From NCBI RefSeq assembly GCF_009914755.1, contig NC_060947.1: DNA of 64,000 nt; one strand, given 5' to 3'. Shown piece after piece: positions 57,054 through 64,000 of the stretch (positions within the stretch are counted from its first letter, which is position 1; every line of letters starts with the position of its first letter). The translations under genes were made by a program, and so were the position numbers. The notes under the pieces are model-generated. The model ran no database searches. It was not told the DNA's origin and worked only from the letters and a program-made list of their open reading frames with translations. Source of the stretch: the human T2T-CHM13v2.0 reference genome, Homo sapiens.

Positions 57054-58063
57054 GTCATTTTGGTCAGGAGTTAACTGCTGTGATGAATGAATGCCAACTG
57101 TTTTTACTACTTTTGTCTTTTAGCTCAAGTAGAATTCCAGAGAGGGAACAGCTAATTGCACAGTATGTACTCATTCTTTTGCTAGGGGTGTGGGTGTAGG
57201 TGGATGCTGATTTCTTTTCCACCAGATTGCATCTAGTGGGGAAGAGGAAATTGATCAAAATGAAATTGGAGGGCTCTTAGAAATAATAAATGAATACTAA
57301 ACAATTAATACCAGGATATATCTAATATAAGAACAGATAAAGTTATTAACCATAAAAAATTTGTTAAGCTACTACTATTCACCAAGGATGATGCTCTATG
57401 CTTAAAAAAAGTAAAGTGCCACTTCTATTGTCATAAAACTCATAATCTTATTCAGAAGCTCAGAGTTCTATAACATAAGGAATTTTATAAAGATAAGTAA
57501 CTGATAATGTGAATAAACTGGACATGCATATTACGTGGCACAATGTAACCTCTGTAACCATTTTGTAAAGTCTATAGGGGAAAAACCACTTGGGTTTACT
57601 AGAAAATTCAGTTGACTCAATCCTCGAGCATTTTTTTTTCTCTGCAAATCATGTGTTATTTAGAGGCTTTTTAAAAAAATATATACACACTATATATTTT
57701 GCACTAGTTATTTTTTCCTTTTCTATCTTTTATTTTGAAATAGGTTGAGTAACGAAGTTGCAAAACTGGTACATCAAGCTTCATTTCCTCGAATGATAAT
57801 AACTTACAAAATCACATTATACTGCTTGGGTTTCTTTTTGTAAAACATATTTTTATTGCTGAGAGTACATATATACAAATGTACACCTTAGCTGTCTATC
57901 CTACTTTTGTCTTATCATCATTCTCTGGCAAATTTTAATTACATTAGCTGGCATGGTTAGGAATGCAAGAGTTGCATATTATATTTCCTAATTATTAAGA
58001 GTTTTGAAAAGAAAATAAGTTAGTAAGATTTGGTTGTCCAGCCTGCAGCTTTTCCACTTAGTG

Positions 58064-58064
<1 letters not shown>

Positions 58065-58134
<70 letters not shown>
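58065..58134. repeat. Compound (CT)n(GT)n microsatellite
   Basis: About 13 CT units followed by about 22 TG units, perfect repeat. Confidence 0.95.
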
Positions 58135-58138
<4 letters not shown>

Positions 58139-58599
58139 CACAAAGAAAAAGAGAACGTTTACAAGCATCATTCTGGCATAACCTTCTCTAATTTTTAAAA
58201 TACATACATTTTGACCTAGTTTTTGGAATAACTCTTTTTTTTCTTAAACCCAAACAAGGATGTGTAAGGGAAAATTATTTCAATTGGAACATAATAGGGA
58301 CAGATGTTAAAAAATACCTAAATTTTATTAGTGCTTGCTCAATAGTTTGTGTGCTTCCAAGAATTACCAAGAATATCATTATTTATGCTTAGACTAAAAT
58401 GAATAAAGGGATATTGGCTTATTGACTAAATAATCACAGTGAACAACCTACCCTGTTTTAGTAAACCATGGTCTGTGTCAGCAAATATGGCTAAGATTAC
58501 AACTTAGATACTTGTGTGTTCACTGACTCCCTCACCAATTCATTAACTCACATACAGAGGGTGTGACTGGGAGAATAATGAAACCATAATATCTGATCT

Positions 58600-61500
58600 T
58601 TTTAAAAAATCTCCGTAGTTATTGAGGAACAGGTGGTGCTTGATTACATGAGTAAGCTCTTCAGTGGTGACTTGTGAAATTTTGGTGCATCCAGCACCCG
58701 GGCAGTATACACTGCACCCTATTGGTAGTCTTTGATCCTTCACCCCCTTCCCACCCTTTCTTCCTGAGTCCCCAGAGTCCATTGTGTCATTCTTATCCCT
58801 TTGCATCCTCATAGCTTAGCTTCTATTTATGAGTGAGAGCATATGATATTTTGTTTTCCATTTCTGAGTTACTTCACTTAGAATAACAGTCTCCAATCTC
58901 ATCCAGGTCACTGTGAATGCCATTAATTCATTCCTTTTTATAGCTGTGTAGTGTTTCATTGTATATATATATATATATATATACCACAGTTTCTGTATCC
59001 ATTCATTGATTGATGGGCATTTGGGTTGGTTCTACGCTTTTGCAATTGCAAATTGTGCCGCTGTAAACATGTGTGTGCAAGTATCTTTTTCATATAATGA
59101 CTTCCTTTCCTCTGGGTAGATACCCAGTAGTGAGATTGCTGGGTCAAATGGTATTTCCACTTTTAGTTCTTTAAAGAATCTCCACACTGTTTTCCATAGT
59201 GGTTGTACTAGATTACATTCCTGCCAGGAGTGAAGAAGTGTTTCCTGTTCACCACAGCTACATCAATACCTACTATTTTTTTATTTTTTTGATTATGGTC
59301 ATCTTGCAGGAGTAAGGTGGTATCACATCGTCGTTTTGATTTCCATTTCCCTGATTATTAGTGATGCTGAGCATTTTTTCATATGTCTGTTGGCCATTTG
59401 TATATCTTCTTTTGAGAATTGTCTATTCATGCCCTTAGCCCACTTTTTGATGGAATTGTTTGTTTTTTTTCTTGTTGATTTGTTTGTGTTCATTGTAAAT
59501 TCTGGATATTAGTCCTTTGTCAGATGTATAGGTTGCAAATATTTTCTCCCGTTCTGTGGGTTGTCTGTTTACACTGCTGACTGTTCCTTTTGCTTTGCAA
59601 AAGTTTTTTGGTTTAATTAATTACCATCAATTTATCATTGTTTTTATTGCATTTGCTTTTGGGCTCTTGGTTATGAAATTATTGCCTAAGCCAATGTCTA
59701 GAAGGGTTTTCCAATGTCATTTTCTAGAATGTTTACAATTTCAGGTCTCAGATTTAAGTCCTTAATCAATCTTGTGTTGATTTTTCTATAAGGTAAGAGA
59801 TGAGGATCCACGTTCACACTCCTACATGTGGCTAGCGAATCATCCCAGCACCATTTGCTGAATAGGGTGTCCTTTCCCTACTTTATGTTTTTGTTTCCTT
59901 TGTTGAAGATCAGTTGACTGTAAGTATTTCAGTTTATTTCTGGGTTCTCTATTCTGTTTCATTGGTCTATGTGCTTATTTTTATACCTGTACCATGTTGT
60001 TTTGGTGACTATGGCCTTATAGTATAGTTTGAAATAAAGTAATGTGATGCCTCCAGAATTTGTTCTTTTTGCTTAGTCTTGTTTTGGCTACGCAGGCTCC
60101 TTTTTGGTTCCATATGAAGTTGAGAATTGTTTTTTCTATTTCTGTGAAGAATGATGGTGGTATTTTGATGGGAATTGCAATAAGTTTGTTGATTGCTTTT
60201 GGCAGAATGATCATTTTCACAATATTAATTCTACCCATCCATGAGCATGGGATGCGTTCCCATTTGTTTGTATCATTTATTATTTCTTTCAGCAGTATTT
60301 TGTAGTTTTCCTTGTAGAGGTCTTTCATCTCCTTGATTAGGTATATTCCTAAGGATTTTAATTTTTTCCAGCTATTGTAAAAGGGGTTCACTTCTTGATT
60401 TGGACTCTCAACTTGATTGCTGTTGGTGTATACAAGAGCTACTGATTTGTGTACATTAATTTTGTATCCAGAAACTTTGCTGAATTCATTTATCAGTCCT
60501 AGGAGCTTTCTGGTGGAGTCTTTAGGGTTTTCGAAGTAATCGATCATATCGTCAGCAAACAGTGACAGTTTGACTTCCTCTTTACTGATTTGGATGCCCT
60601 TTATTTCTTACTCTTGTCTGATTGCTCCGGTTAGGCCTTCCAGTACTATGTTGAAGAGGAGTGGTGAGAGTGGATATTATTGTCTTGTTCCAGTTCTCAG
60701 AGGGAATGCTTTCAACATTTCCCCATTCAGTATAATGTTTGCTGTGGGTTTGTCATAGATGGCTTTTATTATATTAAGGTATGTTCATTGTATGCCGATT
60801 TTGCTGAGAATTTTAATCATAAAGCGATGCTGGATTTTGTTGAATGCTTTTTCTGCACCTATTGAGATGATCGTGTGATTTTTGTTTTTAATTCTGTTTA
60901 TGTGGTTTATTGCATTTATTGACTTGCATATGTTAAATCATCCCTGCATCACCACTTGATCATAGTGGATTATCTTTTTGATATGTTGTTGAATTTGGTT
61001 AGCTAGTATTTTGTTAAGGATTTTAGAATCTATGTTCATCAGGGATATTGGTCTGTAGTTTTCTTTTTTGGTTATGTCCTTTCCTGGTTTTGGTATTAGG
61101 GTGAAACTGGCTTCATAGCATGATTTAGGGAGGGTTCCCTATTTCTCCATCTTGTGGAATAATGTCAACAGGATTGGTACCAATTACTCTTTGAATGTCT
61201 GGTAGACTTACTTTTTTGCTGGTAATTTTTAAATTACCATTTCAACCTCATTGCTTGTTATTGACCTGTTCAGGGTATCTAATTCTTCCTGATTTAAGCT
61301 AGGAGGGTTGTATGTTTTCAGGAATTTATCCATCTCTTCAAGGTTTTCTAGTTTATGTGCATAAAGGTGTTCATAGTAGCCTTGAATAATCTTTTGTATT
61401 TCTGTGGTGTCAGTTGTAATATCTCCCGTTTTGTTTCATATTGAGCTTATTTGGATTTTCTCTCTTCTTTCTTGGTTAATCTTGCTAATGGCCTATCAAC

Positions 61501-64000
61501 TTTATTTATCTTTTCAAATAATCACCTTTTGTTTTATTTATCTTTTGTATTTTTTTTGTCTGTTTGTTTCAATTTTATTCAGTTCTGCTCTGATCTTGGT
61601 TATTTCCTTTATTCTGCTGGGTTTGGGTTTGGTTTCTTCTTATTTCTCTAGTTCCTTGAGGTTTCTCTAAACAATCTAGACCTTAGATTGTCTGTGCTCT
61701 TTCTGACTTTTTGATGTAGGTGTTTAAGGGTATGAACTTTCCTCTTAGCACCACCTTTGCTGTGTCCCAGATGTTTTGATAGGTCATGTCACTATTGTCA
61801 TTTAGTTTGAAAGATTTTTTAATTTCCATCTTGAGTGCATTTTTGACCCACTGATCATTCAAAAGCAGGTTATTTAATTTCCATGTATTGGCATGGTTTT
61901 GAAGGTTCCTTTTGGAGCTGATTTCCAGTTTTATTCCACTGTGGTCAGAGAGAGTGCTTGATAAAATTGCAATTTTCTTCAATTTATTGAGACTAGTTTT
62001 GTGACCTATCATATGGTTTATCTTGAAGAAAGTTCCATGCACTGTTGAATAGAGTGTATATTCTGCAGTTCTTGGATGTGATGTTCTGTATATATTTTTA
62101 AGTCCATTTGTTCCAGGGTATAGTTTAAATCCATTGGTTCTTTGTTGACTTTCTGTATTGATAACCTGTCTAGTTCTATCAGTGGAATATTGAAGTCCCC
62201 TACTATTATTGTGTTGCTATCTATCTCATTTCTTAGGTCTATTAGTAATAGTTTTATAAATTTTAGCACTCCAGTGTTAGGTAGATATATATGTGTAGGA
62301 TTGTGATATTTTCACATTGGACAAGGCCTTTTACCATTGTATAATGTCCCTCTTTGTCTCTCTTAACTGCTGTTGCTTTAAAGTTTGTCTTGCCTGATAT
62401 AAGAATAGCTACCCCTGCTTGCTTTTGGTGTTCATTTGTGTGAAATGCCTTTTTCTACCCCTTTACTTTAAGTTTCTGTGAGTCCTTTTGTGTTAGCTGG
62501 GTCTCTTGAAGGCAGCGGACAGTGGTTGGTGACTTCTTATCCATTCTGCAATTCTGTCTTTTAAGTGTAGCATTTAGGCCATTTACATTCAATGTTAGTG
62601 TTGAGATGTGAGGTACCATTCCATTTATCTTACTATTTGTTGCCTGCATACATTTTTTGGTTGTTTTTTAAGTTGTATTTTATGTTTTATAGGTCCTCTG
62701 AGATTTATGCTTTAAAGAGTTTCTGTTTTCATGTGTTTCCAGAATTTGTTTCAAGATTTAGATCTCCTTTTTAGTGGTTGCTTGGTAGTGGTGAATTCTC
62801 TCAGCATTTGTTTGTCTGAAAAAGACTGTATTTTCCCTTCATATATGAATCTTAGTTTTGCTGGATACAAAATTCTTGGTTGATAATCGTTTTGTTTGGG
62901 GAGGCTTAAGATAGGGACCCAATTCCTTTTAGCTTGTAAGTTTTCTGCTGAGAAATCTGCTGTTAATCTGATAAGTTTTCTTTTATAGGTTTCCTCGTAC
63001 TTTTGTCTCACAGCTCTTAAGATTCTTTCCTTTGTCTTAACTTTAGATAATGTGAAAATAGTGAGAGCTAGCACCTGGAATAGGTGTCTCTAGGTGATGA
63101 TCTTTTGGGGATGAATTTCCCAGGTGTTCTTTGTGCTTCTTGTATTTGGATGTCTAGGTCTCTAGTGAGGCCAGGTAAGTTTTCCTCTATTATTCTCTCA
63201 AATATGTTTTCTACAATTTTAGATTTTTCTTCTTTCTCAGGAACACCGATTATTCTTAGGTTTGGTTATTTAACATAATCCCAGACTACTCAGAGGCTGT
63301 GTTCATATTTTCTTGTTCTTATTTCTTTGCTTTTGTTGAATTGGGTTAATTCAAATACATTGTCTTTGACCTCTGAATTTTTTCTTCTACTTGTTCAATT
63401 CTATTGCTGAGACTTTCCAGAACATATTTCCATTTCCATAAGCGTGTCCATTGTTTCCTGAAATTTTGATTGTTTTTTATTTATGCTATATATTTTCTTG
63501 AATGTTTCTCCCTTCACTTCTTATCATTTTTTGGATTTTCTTACATTGAGCTTTACCTTTCTCTGGTGCCTCCCTGATTAGCTTAATAACTAACCTCCTG
63601 AATTCTTTTTCAGATAAATCAGGGATTTCTTCTTGGTGTGGGTCCATTGCTGGTGAGCTAGTGTGAATTTTTGGAGGTGTTAAAGAACCTTGTTTTGTCC
63701 TATTACCAGGTTTGGTTTTCTGGTTTCTTCTTATTTGGGTAGGCTCTGTCAGAGGGAAGGTCTAGGGCTGAAGGCTGTTGTTCTGATTCTTTTGTCCCAC
63801 AGGGTGTTCCCTTGATGCAGTACTCTCCCCTTTTACCTATAGATGTGGCTTCTTGAGAGCCAAGCTGCAGTGATTGTTATCTCCATTCTAAATCTAGCCA
63901 CCTAGCAAGTCTACTAGGCTCCAGGCTGGTACTGGGCGTTGTCTGCACAGAGTCTTGTGATACGAACCACATGTGGGTCTCTCAGCTGTGGATAACAGCA
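58600..64000 (-). mobile_element. L1PB1-like long element (3'UTR, ORF2, ORF1, 5'UTR running off the window)
   Basis: L1PB 3'UTR. ORFs 60017, 61683, 62018 and 62455 are ORF2 pieces (VGDFN, LSDH) and 62751 is ORF1 (YQPRILYPAKL). Collinear with 48369-53773. Confidence 0.88.

Overview
This is primate DNA, most likely human or great ape, because it carries AluY, AluS/J, L1PA4, MSTA/THE1 and MLT2A1. It is AT-rich, gene-poor and made almost entirely of interspersed repeats, dominated by LINE-1 of many ages nested up to three levels deep. No host protein-coding gene, RNA gene or CRISPR array can be supported, and nearly all listed ORFs are decayed L1 ORF1/ORF2 or MaLR fragments. The central feature is a near-full-length L1PA4-like element (+, 26899-33037, TSD AAAGAAACCCA). 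Its ORF1 and ORF2 are dead, but it keeps an intact antisense ORF0 with both splice donors and the ZNF93-bound 5'UTR segment, and it lacks the 5'-terminal YY1 site. Other well-defined elements are a complete two-LTR MSTA/THE1D element (TSD GTTGG), a MER50 solo LTR (TSD ATTC), two long L1PB copies, an L1PB4, MLT2A1, four Alus, MER2 and MIR. Two small non-repeat islands (~7.8-9.0 kb and ~57.1-58.6 kb) carry candidate splice signals. I found no convincing wholly new biological system. The best speculative lead is an L1 antisense-promoter/ORF0 chimeric transcript splicing into the unique island at ~8.4-8.6 kb. Subfamily names come from recalled consensus sequences and need RepeatMasker/Dfam confirmation.
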